This document shows positions 1-8,732 of a stretch of DNA of 64,000 nt, piece by piece; positions within the stretch are counted from its first letter, which is position 1, and the number at the start of each line of letters is the position of its first letter. The stretch comes from Candidatus Oxydemutatoraceae bacterium (lineage in GTDB: Bacteria; Pseudomonadota; Gammaproteobacteria; Poriferisulfidales; Oxydemutatoraceae): assembly GCA_965220085.1 (NCBI GenBank), contig CBDCOZ010000003.1, positions 576,001 through 640,000 of the forward strand, given 5' to 3'. The notes beneath the pieces were generated by a model. It had not been told where the DNA came from. It did no database searches and saw only the letters and a list, made by a program, of their open reading frames with translations. The position numbers were made by a program, and so were the translations under genes.

Positions 1-945
1 CAGCACCGCCAAAGCGATGACTTCTTGCAGCGTGTCCTGAAACAGGCTGACAAACCACGCGGCGAGAAAAGCGGTGATGAGGTTGATTCCCAACCACAGC
101 GTCCGTCTGTGCGCCGATGCAAAGATAGGCGCGAACAGATCCTCCTCTCCCGACATGCCGGCGAAACCGAACCGCTCCTTTTGCGCTTCGTCGCGGATGA
201 CGTCCACGACATCGTCCACCGTGATGCGCCCGAGCAGGTGATTTTCTTCATCGACGACCGCGATTGAAACCAGATCGTGATCGGCGAATAATCGCGCCAC
301 TTTGGATGCCGATTCGGCGGCGAGAACCGGGCGTATGTCTTTTCTCATGACCTCCATAACCCGCGTTTCGGGCGGCTCGGTAATCAGTTTGCGCAACGAC
401 AACATGCCGATGTATCGGTTTTGGAAGTCCGCGACTATCAGCCGGTCCGTGTGCTCGGGAATTTTTTTGCGCATGCGCAGGTAATGCAAAACCATCTCAA
501 GCGACACATGGCTTTGAATCGTCACCGTATCGGTGTTCATCAAGCCGCCGGCGGTTTCTTCGTCAAACGTCATGATCTGCTCAAGACGGGCGCGGTCTTG
601 GCGCGCCATGCCCGCGAGCGCTTGTTCTCGGACCCGGTTGGGCAGGTCGTCGAGCAAGTCGGCGAGATCGTCCGCTTCAAGCCCCTCGGCAGCCAGCAGC
701 AAGTCGTGATCGTTTGTCATCTCGATCAGATTGGCGCGGGTTTCTTCGTTGGTATGCACCAAGACTTCTCCCTCGATGCTCGGGTCCAGCAATTCCCACG
801 CGATGCGTCGCTTGGGTATCGGCAGGGATTCCAGCAAGTTGGCGATCTCCGCCGGGTGCAACTCGGTCATATCCTTTTTGACTTGCGTCATCGTTCCGCT
901 GCGCAGCAGTTCGGAGAGATGTTGGATGATATTTTCCCGTTCCAT
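1..945 (-). CDS. mgtE: Magnesium transporter MgtE (3' end runs off the window)
   Basis: Hand translation of the minus strand from ATG 945: MERENIIQ..LHPAEIANLLESLP..ITVDDVVDVIRDEA..RRTLWLGINLITAFLAAWFVSLFQDTLQEVIALAVL, i.e. the MgtE N-domain, CBS pair and first transmembrane helices. It lies downstream of ptsI, as in many Gammaproteobacteria. Absent from the ORF track because there is no stop in the window. Start uncertain. Confidence 0.9.
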   Translation of the reverse strand, partial: MERENIIQHLSELLRSGTMTQVKKDMTELHPAEIANLLESLPIPKRRIAWELLDPSIEGEVLVHTNEETRANLIEMTNDHDLLLAAEGLEADDLADLLDDLPNRVREQALAGMARQDRARLEQIMTFDEETAGGLMNTDTVTIQSHVSLEMVLHYLRMRKKIPEHTDRLIVADFQNRYIGMLSLRKLITEPPETRVMEVMRKDIRPVLAAESASKVARLFADHDLVSIAVVDEENHLLGRITVDDVVDVIRDEAQKERFGFAGMSGEEDLFAPIFASAHRRTLWLGINLITAFLAAWFVSLFQDTLQEVIALAVL

Positions 946-1117
946 GTGATTGCAGAGCTTATTCGCAGAATGCGCAATTCTACTCTGTTTTGATGCATAA
1001 ATCTTTGCTTTGTCAGACGGCGGCGGGCGCCGCAACGGCGGCGACAGTATCCGCAACAGGCCGGATCAACCCCGATAACGGCGGCCACATTGCCGGATCA
1101 TCCGTCCCGACAGGCGC

Positions 1118-2848
1118 TCAGAGAGACGACGACTTGCTGACAAATTTTCTTATCCGGTCGGGGTCAGCGGAGTTCAGCGCCCGCTTGTATTGCCGCTTCA
1201 GCGAGCGGACATTGCTGTTGATGATAATGTTCTTTATCTCCGGAAGGTCCTTCGGGTGCACGCTAAACTCCTTCAGTCCCATGCCGAGGAGCAGGCGGGT
1301 AAACCGGATATCGCTTGCCATTTCTCCGCACATAGCGACCGGTATATCAAGGCTTTTGCCGGCCTTGATTACCTGTTCTATCAGCCGCAGGATGCCCGGG
1401 TGCAACGGGTCGTACAGGTAACTGACTTCTTCGTCTATGCGATCAACCGCCAAGGCGTATTGAATCAAGTCGTTGGTTCCGAGCGATAAGAAATCCAGCC
1501 GACGTCCGATCTCCTCCGCCGCCAGCGCGGCGGCGGGCACTTCTATCATGCCGCCTATCATCATATTCGGATCAAAGCGCGTATTGCTTTGTGTCAGTTG
1601 CTCTTTAACCTGCCCGCACAGTCGCAGGATCTGTTCCAACTCGCCGGGGCTTGTCAGCATCGGGATCAGCATGCGCACTTTGCCGTAAGCCGAAGCGCGG
1701 AAAATGGCCCGCAGTTGCGCCAGAAAGGTTTGCGGGTTTTTCAGCGAACGGCGGATGGCGCGCAACCCCAACGCCGGGTTCGGCGCGAGCGGCCCGGCGT
1801 AGTCCGGGTCAAACTCTTTTTCCGCGCCGAGGTCCAGCGTGCGGATCGTGACCGGGTTATCGCCGGCGGCGCGAAGGACCTTCTTATAGGCCGCAAATTG
1901 CTCCTCTTCGGTCGCCGCCCGATTGCGGTCTATGTACAGAAATTCCGTTCTGTACAAGCCCACGCCGTCCGAACCGCAACGTTTCAAGGTGCGTATGTCT
2001 TCCCCTAGTTCGATGTTTGCCATCAGCACGATGCGCGCCCCGTCGCCGCTTTGCGCTTTTTTGTTCTTCAGCGAGGCCAACTTTTGGCGGTGACTTTTTT
2101 CCAGCCTCTTTTGTTCCCGGTACTTTGCCAGCATGGATTTGTCGCTGCCCGCAAGCACCAGCCCCCGCGCGCCATCCATGATGACGGCTTCGTTTTCGTT
2201 CAGCAATGCCCGCGCGCCGGGCGCCGCGACGATGCAAGGGATGCCAAAACTGCGCGCGAGAATGGCGGTGTGCGAGGTCGGGCCGCCGTACTCGGTGATG
2301 AAGCCGGCTATTTTCTGGCGTTCAAACATAATCATGTCGCCGGGCGTCAAATCATCGGTCACGATGATGTGGTTTTTGAGGTTCTTGCGCGGCTTGATGT
2401 CATAGTTTTCATCGTGCAAGAAACTCTGGATCAGATGGATGATGTGTTCTATGTCATTGCGCCTGGTCTTCAGGTAGCTGTCTTGCATCTCGTCAAACAC
2501 TTTTACCAGCGTGCCTTCCTGATGTTTCAACGCCCACTCGGCATTGCATTTCTCTTTTTCAATGATCTGCGTCACCGCCTGTCCCAGCATGAAGTCGTCT
2601 ATCATCAGCAAATGGGAATCGATAAAGGCCGCAATGTCTTCGGGCGCGTTTTGCGGGATGGAATTCTTGATTTTTTGCAGGTGCCGAATCGCCAGTTGAT
2701 GCGCTTTTTTGAACCGCGACACCTCGTGTTGGATGCGCTTGCGCGGGATGTCGCAGCGGATGATTTCCGGCTTGCCGCGTTCCAAGATGTAAACCGGGCC
2801 GATGCCGATGCCGCGCGATACGCCGATGCCGTGCAGCAGAAGCGCCAT
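1118..2848 (-). CDS. ptsI: Phosphoenolpyruvate-protein phosphotransferase (PTS enzyme I)
   Basis: 576 aa with GGPTSHTAILARS (phospho-His), GVGLYRTEFLY, NPALGLRAIR, FLSLGTNDLIQY and MCGEMA motifs. Confidence 0.95.
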   Translation of the reverse strand: MALLLHGIGVSRGIGIGPVYILERGKPEIIRCDIPRKRIQHEVSRFKKAHQLAIRHLQKIKNSIPQNAPEDIAAFIDSHLLMIDDFMLGQAVTQIIEKEKCNAEWALKHQEGTLVKVFDEMQDSYLKTRRNDIEHIIHLIQSFLHDENYDIKPRKNLKNHIIVTDDLTPGDMIMFERQKIAGFITEYGGPTSHTAILARSFGIPCIVAAPGARALLNENEAVIMDGARGLVLAGSDKSMLAKYREQKRLEKSHRQKLASLKNKKAQSGDGARIVLMANIELGEDIRTLKRCGSDGVGLYRTEFLYIDRNRAATEEEQFAAYKKVLRAAGDNPVTIRTLDLGAEKEFDPDYAGPLAPNPALGLRAIRRSLKNPQTFLAQLRAIFRASAYGKVRMLIPMLTSPGELEQILRLCGQVKEQLTQSNTRFDPNMMIGGMIEVPAAALAAEEIGRRLDFLSLGTNDLIQYALAVDRIDEEVSYLYDPLHPGILRLIEQVIKAGKSLDIPVAMCGEMASDIRFTRLLLGMGLKEFSVHPKDLPEIKNIIINSNVRSLKRQYKRALNSADPDRIRKFVSKSSSL

Positions 2849-3117
2849 CAGCTGTCCTCCCCGAAGCGGTCTTCGACCAGCGCGACCAGGTTTTGCGTCG
2901 CCCGCTCTTCGTCTTCGCCGCAGACGCTGAGCAGCAGATCGGTTCCTTGCGGCGCGGCGAGCATCAGCACGCCCATGATGCTTTTGCCGTTGACCGTTTG
3001 CCCCTCTCTTGCGAGTCGCACTTCGCTCTCAAACTTGGAGGCGGTCGCGACAAACTTGGAAGCGGCGCGCGCGTGCAGCCCGAGTTTGTTGATAATCGTT
3101 ATGCTTTTTTCAATCAC
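2848..3117 (-). CDS. ptsH: HPr-family phosphocarrier protein
   Basis: NKLGLHARAASKFV and NGKSIMGVLMLAA motifs. GTG start at 3117 overlaps the upstream stop (GTGA). Confidence 0.93.
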   Translation of the reverse strand: MIEKSITIINKLGLHARAASKFVATASKFESEVRLAREGQTVNGKSIMGVLMLAAPQGTDLLLSVCGEDEERATQNLVALVEDRFGEDS

Positions 3118-3503
3118 GGTTTGCAGTCCCTGATGCCGTCGCGAGCGCCGTCGGCAACCTTGGCGGTCAGATCGCCGAGGTTGTTGCCGCAGTAGTTGAG
3201 CGCGCGCAGCAACATCGGCAAGTTGAGCCCGCTGATGATATGGCGCCGGTCTTTTTGATACAGGCGGGTCGCAATATTGCCCGGAGTGGAGCCGTAGAGA
3301 TCGGTCAGGATCAATATCTCCGCGCCGCCGCCCAACTCCTCGCAGCGCTTTTTTGCCAGTCGGTATGTTTGTTCCGCATCGCATAAAAAAGAGACGGACA
3401 AGGCGCGCACCTCTGTCGGCAACGGGTCGATGATTTGCTTTGCCAGATCGATCAATACCTCGCCGAGGCTGTCGTGGGTAATCAGCAATATGGGGATACG
3501 CAT
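3114..3503 (-). CDS. PTS mannose/fructose-type EIIA component
   Basis: ILLITH..., LILTDLYGSTPGN and ISGLNLPMLLRAL motifs; cluster position. Confidence 0.9.
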   Translation of the reverse strand: MRIPILLITHDSLGEVLIDLAKQIIDPLPTEVRALSVSFLCDAEQTYRLAKKRCEELGGGAEILILTDLYGSTPGNIATRLYQKDRRHIISGLNLPMLLRALNYCGNNLGDLTAKVADGARDGIRDCKP

Positions 3504-3504
3504 C

Positions 3505-4452
3505 TTATTCCGCGCCCGCTATCAATTTTGCCTGACGCTCGGCAATCTCTTGTTCCGCGTAATAATGATTGCTTCTCAGAACATATGTTTTGACCGCCGC
3601 TTCTATCAAGACGGCGAGGTTGCGGCCGGCGGCCACCGGCAGCGCATACACCGGTATCGGCAGCCCCAATATGTTTTTCTCGCGGGTGTCGCTGCGCAGC
3701 CGGTCGCGGTTTGCTTCGCCGCTGTCGGGAGAATCCTTTAATTCAATGATCAGTTTCAGGTATTTGCTTTTTTTGATCGCATCATCGCCGTACATCTTGC
3801 GTATGTTGAGGATGCCAAGGCCGCGCACCTCAAGGAAATCTTCTATCGCCGGCGGCGAATATCCTTCCACGATGTCCGGCGCGATGCGCGCAAAAATGGG
3901 CGCGTCATCCGTAATCAGATGGTGGCCGTGACTGATCAACTCAAGGGCCAACTCGCTTTTGCCGACCCCGCTGTCGCCGGTCAGCAGCACGCCGATGTTG
4001 ATGACCTCCATGAATACGCCGTGCAACGTGGTTTTTTCGGCCAACTCCCGCGACAGGTAATGGTGCAACTTGCTCAGCAACTGCTCTCCTGTCTGCTCCG
4101 ACTTGAACAAGCCGATGCCGCGGCGGTCGGCGTATTCAAACATGCTTGCGGTGGGTTCGCGCCGGTTGGCGACGATCACCGCGCAACAACTCTTGTCAAA
4201 AAGCCTTTTCAGCGCGGCGTCCAGAACCTCCGCCGACAAAGACGAGAGAAATTCCATCTCATCTCCGTCTAACAGATGTACCTGATGGATATTGCCCGTG
4301 TTGAAATGGCCGACGATGCCGATGCGGGATTTGCTGTGGCTTTGGGCAAACTCTTTTGCGCCGCCGGATTTGCCGCCGACCCATTCGCTGGCGAGCGTTT
4401 TACGCGTTTCGTCATAAAACCGCTTGACGGTCAGAAGGTCAAAGTCTCTCAT
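3505..4452 (-). CDS. hprK: HPr(Ser) kinase/phosphorylase
   Basis: LHGVFMEV, Walker A GDSGVGKSELALEL, LITDD, LEVRGLGILNI and PVAAGRNLAVLIEAA. Confidence 0.95.
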   Translation of the reverse strand: MRDFDLLTVKRFYDETRKTLASEWVGGKSGGAKEFAQSHSKSRIGIVGHFNTGNIHQVHLLDGDEMEFLSSLSAEVLDAALKRLFDKSCCAVIVANRREPTASMFEYADRRGIGLFKSEQTGEQLLSKLHHYLSRELAEKTTLHGVFMEVINIGVLLTGDSGVGKSELALELISHGHHLITDDAPIFARIAPDIVEGYSPPAIEDFLEVRGLGILNIRKMYGDDAIKKSKYLKLIIELKDSPDSGEANRDRLRSDTREKNILGLPIPVYALPVAAGRNLAVLIEAAVKTYVLRSNHYYAEQEIAERQAKLIAGAE

Positions 4453-4900
4453 GGCTGCTTTTTATCAGACGCATGATGTCATCCCGGTCGGTCGCTTGCA
4501 ACAACTGGTTCACAAAGTCCGCATCGTTTAATTGACTCGCCAGACTGGCGAGCAAGTCAAGATGTTGTTGCGTCGCATCCTCGGGCACCGCCAATGCAAA
4601 AAATAATTTAACGGCAATCTCATCCGCGGCATTATATTCCACGCCGTTCTCAACCTTGAGCAGGGCGGCAAGCGGTTGCTTGATTTTTTTGATGCGACAG
4701 TGCGGAATGGCAATCGCCCCTCCGATGGCGGTGCTGCCGAGGTGCTCCCGCTCAATCAGGCCGTCAAAAACGGTTCTGGCGGAAAGGGTTTTATCGCGCT
4801 GCGCAAGCAACTCGGATAGGCGCTCAAGAACCTTCTTCCGGCTGTTCAACCGCCCGAGCAACTCGATCCGGTTGATTTCCAGATAGTCCGCAAAGCCCAT
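4439..4900 (-). CDS. ptsN: PTS EIIA(Ntr)-like nitrogen regulatory protein
   Basis: REHLGSTAIGGAIAIPHCR motif; directly downstream of hpf. Confidence 0.9.
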   Translation of the reverse strand: MGFADYLEINRIELLGRLNSRKKVLERLSELLAQRDKTLSARTVFDGLIEREHLGSTAIGGAIAIPHCRIKKIKQPLAALLKVENGVEYNAADEIAVKLFFALAVPEDATQQHLDLLASLASQLNDADFVNQLLQATDRDDIMRLIKSSHERL

Positions 4901-4935
4901 TGTCGTTCGCCTTGTGCCGATAACCGCCGAGTGTT

Positions 4936-5223
4936 CTAGTGGCCGGTAATTTTTTCTTTGTGTTTGACCAGCTGATGGTCAAGTTTGTTCACCAACAAAT
5001 TTATGGTTTTGTACATATCCTCGGAATTCGCGGTGGCGGCTATGTTCTTGTGACGGATATGCACCGTCGCTTCGGCTATGTGGGTTATCTTTTCCACCTT
5101 TAGCACGATATGAATATCGACCATATTCTCAAAATGCTTTCGCAGGCGGGAAAACTTTTTATTGATATGGTCTTCGATGGTTTGGGTTATTTCAAGGTGT
5201 TGTCCCGAAATTTGAATGTTCAT
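4936..5223 (-). CDS. hpf: Ribosome hibernation promoting factor
   Basis: 95 aa, MNIQISGQHLEIT...EDMYKTINLLVNKLDHQLVKHKEK. Confidence 0.93.
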   Translation of the reverse strand: MNIQISGQHLEITQTIEDHINKKFSRLRKHFENMVDIHIVLKVEKITHIAEATVHIRHKNIAATANSEDMYKTINLLVNKLDHQLVKHKEKITGH

Positions 5224-5344
5224 TTCAGTTTGTTCTCCATATTGAGGTTGATACGGTCACGCTAAATTTAACGTCTTTCACAGGCCAATTATAGAGGATA
5301 TGCCGAGGGTACGGAGTATCGCGCCTTTGCGGGCGATATTCGGA

Positions 5345-6094
5345 TTACCAGTAGTTTTCGGTCGTGATATTGCCGGGGTCGCGGCGGCGGTTTTTGGCAA
5401 AGCCCCTTTGCTTCAGGACTTCGGTCGTATCGCGAACCATATCGGGGTTGCCGCAGATCATTGCCTGTGAGATTTTTGTATCCAGCGCCACGCCGGCTCG
5501 CGCTTCCAACTCCCCGCTTTCAATCGCCGCCGGCACTCTGCCCCGCAGCGCAAAGTCGGTATCCTCCCGGCTCACAAACGGAATCATGGAGAATTGTTCC
5601 GCGTGTTGCTCGGCAAAGTTTTTGATAGTGTCCCGATAACTCAGCTCGTTGGCATAGCGCACCGCGTGTGCCAGCGCGATATGCTTGAACCGCTTCCACG
5701 GCGCGGCGGTTTTGAGAATGGACAGGAAGGGTCCTATCGCGGTGCCGGTAGAGAGCATCCAGAGGTTTTCTCCGGCGGGCACTTCGTCCAGCGTGAAGAA
5801 GCCCGCCGCCGATGATGCGACCCACACCTGATCGCCCGCTTGCAGCCGATGCAGGCGCTGTGACAGCAACCCGCCGGGAACCAGTATGGAATAGAACTCG
5901 TGAAAACGTTCTTCGGGCCCGTTGACAAAAGAATACGGACGCGCGATTTGCTTGCCGTCTATGTCAAGCGCCAATCTCCCGAATTGGCCGGGGGTAAAGC
6001 CGTTTATCTTTGCATCCACTTTTAAGGAGTAGAGGTTTTCTGTCCAGTGCCTGTTTTCAATAACGGCGCCGGTGACAAATTTCTTTTCGCTCAT
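5345..6094 (-). CDS. fpr: Ferredoxin-NADP(+) reductase
   Basis: FTPGQF, RPYSFVN, MLSTGTAIGPFLSIL, MICGNPDMV and C-terminal ENYW. Confidence 0.95.
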   Translation of the reverse strand: MSEKKFVTGAVIENRHWTENLYSLKVDAKINGFTPGQFGRLALDIDGKQIARPYSFVNGPEERFHEFYSILVPGGLLSQRLHRLQAGDQVWVASSAAGFFTLDEVPAGENLWMLSTGTAIGPFLSILKTAAPWKRFKHIALAHAVRYANELSYRDTIKNFAEQHAEQFSMIPFVSREDTDFALRGRVPAAIESGELEARAGVALDTKISQAMICGNPDMVRDTTEVLKQRGFAKNRRRDPGNITTENYW

Positions 6095-6355
6095 GTTTTG
6101 TTCGCTTGCCGGGTAACGGGGCAATCAGTTTATAGCCAAACGAAAATAGTTTCCAGTATTGTCGCCGGCACCGAATCCGAATCATGCCGGAAACATTGCG
6201 AATTGCCGGTATCAAGCCGCCATATCAACCCGCCGGCAGCACAGGTTTCCATAGAAATAGCCGCTTCCGCCGCAAAAGAGGCGGCTATCGGCGATAAGGC
6301 CAAAATGCGAAGCCCTGCGCCGTATGTCCCATATTTCATGGCATCCTACAGGCGC

Positions 6356-6383
6356 TTGCAAATAGCTTGCTTTATGGTATAGT
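6356..6383 (+). promoter_or_regulatory. Putative sigma70 promoter upstream of LEGPLR locus 1
   Basis: TTGCAA-N16-TATAGT with TG upstream of the -10; homologous copies at 41175, 50086 and 50145. Confidence 0.55.
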
Positions 6384-6472
6384 GCGGCTTTTAATAGAAT
6401 TTCAGGCGGTTTGACTCGCAAGTGACTTGCGCTTTGTAGCAGACTACGGCATACGATGCTAGGAGTACCGAC

Positions 6473-6680
6473 ATGAAACAGTCCGCAAACAGTTTGCGGA
6501 GAACAAACAATTTGAGGAACCACAAACAGTTTATGGAACACAAACAGCTTAAAGAATCACAAACAGTTTATGGAACACAAACAGCTTAAAGAATCACAAA
6601 CAATAATACCGTTTGTGCTCTCATCAAGAAGCCACAAACAACAAAGTTGTTTGTGCCTCTAAATATTGTTTGTGTACATA
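6473..6680 (+). repeat. CACAAAC/GTTTGTG modular repeat element, copy 1
   Basis: Units such as cacaaacagtttatggaa and cacaaacagcttaaagaat in tandem, followed by inverted gtttgtg units; homologous to the reverse complement of 24461-24700. Confidence 0.85.
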
Positions 6681-6721
6681 ATGATTGCATTTACCAGAGG
6701 TAAACCATGAGAAATAATAGC

Positions 6722-8732
6722 ATGAACCGACAAACTTCCAATACCGCCCCCTCAAGCAGGCGGAAGCGGTTGTATTTGCAAGCATATAACGCGAAGCAAA
6801 AAGATGTTAATACTACCCCCCCCCCCCCCCCCCCCGCATAGGCGGACAACGCTCACCCGGTTTAGCCTCTGGACGCTGGTTCTGCCAGTCCTGTTTGCCG
6901 TCTGTGAGCCGGTGCAGGCGCAAAACGATGCTCCCCGTGCGCGACCGTCCAGCGTTGATGTGTCCATAGACGCCACCGCCGCATCCCCGTACCGCTTCCA
7001 GTTATCCGACTTCCGCTTCACCGACACGGATGGTGATGCCCTCACCGAGCTGAAGGTGCGGGCGCCCACAAATGGCACTCTGCGGTTGGGCTCCACCGTC
7101 GTCACCGGCACCACCGTGCCGACCGCAACCATTGTAGCCCCGGGCAGCATATCCAACCTCAGTTACTATCCGCCCACGGGCCAGGCACAGACGCGCAACT
7201 ACGACACATTCCGCTTCGCTGTCGACACCGGACACGCCGTCACCTCAGCAAACATCATGACCATCCACCTGTTCAACCCCACTCAGGAGGCCGCCACTGG
7301 TGCGCCCACCGTGTCCGCCGCCGCCGGTGCCACAGCCTGGAACGAGGATGTGACCGTCACCGCCAGCGCCAGCGGCATAACCGACCCCAATGGCATAAAC
7401 ACCGGCTCCCTCAGATGGAAATGGCAAGTGCGGGGGAGCATGGGCGCATACACCGACATCAGCGGCGCAACCGCCGCCACATTCACCCCCCGGCAGGCGG
7501 ATGTGGGAACATTCATCCGCGTCTGCGCCTCTTTCAGGGACCTGCATGCCACGCCGGCCGACGAGACGCGATGCAGCAGCGGCTTCATCATAGCCAATGT
7601 CAGCGATGCGCCGATGGGTGCGGACAGCGAAGTGGATGTGCCCGACACCGCCACCTCCAGCGCGCCGCACGACTTTGACATATCCGACTTTCCTTTCACC
7701 GACGAGGATGGCGACACCATCAACGGCATACGCCTGACCAGCCTGCCCACAAGAGGCGCTCTGGTGGTGGTGGGCGAGACCCTGACCCTGACCGCCAGCA
7801 GCCCGCTGAGCCTGGCCCAGCTCAACGCTCTGGCATACTATCCGGCCGCTGGCGACACCCCGCGGGATGAATACGCATCTTTCACCTATAGAATTGTGGA
7901 TACCAGCACAGGCTCTGCCAACATATCCGAGGATGAATACACCCTGACCATCAACACTTCCACCACCCGGCAGGTTGCCGCCACTGGTGCGCCCGGCATC
8001 ACCCCGGCCCCCGGCCCCACCCACGCCGAGGACACCCGGTTGACCGCCGACACCACCGGCATCACAGAACCCAACAGCATAGACCAGAGCACCCTTAAAT
8101 GGCAGTGGCAATCGCACCCGGCCCCGGCCAGCGGCACTCCGGCCCCCAGTGCCTACACGGACATAGCCGATGCCACCGCCGCCACATTCACCCCATTGCA
8201 GGCCCATGTGGGCATGTACATCCGCGTATGCGCCTCTTTCAGGGATAATCACGCAACCCCCGCCGACGAGGGCCCGCTGTGTTCCGCCGCCGCCCGGGTG
8301 CACAATGTCGACGATGCGCCGGTGGCCCGTAACAACAGAGTTGATGTGCTTTCGTCCGCGGACAGCTCCAACCCCCACCGGCTCAGCCTGGACGACTTCC
8401 TCTTCGCCGATGAGGACGACGACAGCCTTGTCGCAGTGATATTTGTCCATCCGAGAAGAGGATTCATCCTCATTGAGAATGCCGACGGAACATCAACGGT
8501 CGTTCAAGGAGAGGTAGCTGTGGCAGATATAGGTCGCATCTTATATTACCCAGACGTCTTCGACCAGGGGCGGCTTGTTGAGGCATATACCACCATCAGA
8601 TTCCAAGTCGTGACCGGCGATGGCACCGACAACATGACCAGCGCCAACACGGCCGCCGTCACCATAGATCTGGTAGACAACCTCAACCTGCGCTTGCGGC
8701 TGCGCCTCTTCCTGGAAGGCCCGTTGCGGTAA
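6722..8732 (+). CDS. Secreted modular Ig/cadherin-like protein with C-terminal LEGPLR motif (member 1); leader frameshifted at a C20 tract
   Basis: Leader MNRQTSNTAP from 6722 (or ATG 6707) stops at 6839-6841. Removing one C from 6816-6835 fuses it to ORF 6804-8732. The ORF has a signal peptide (..VLFAVCEPVQAQ), alternating NDAP/DxDGD cadherin-like and W-x-W-Q/ATFTP Ig-like modules, and ends LRLRLRLFLEGPLR. Confidence 0.85.
6816..6835 (+). repeat. Poly-C tract (C20) inside the leader coding region
   Basis: Homopolymer; length cross-checked against the ORF-track translation (7 Pro). Confidence 0.9.

Noticed and set aside
25-993. Plus-strand ORFs at the window start
   Set aside because: Antisense to mgtE.
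6473-6680. CRISPR array interpretation of the CACAAAC repeats (also 24461-24700)
   Set aside because: No constant repeat with unique spacers, units are duplicated wholesale and change orientation, and there are no cas genes.
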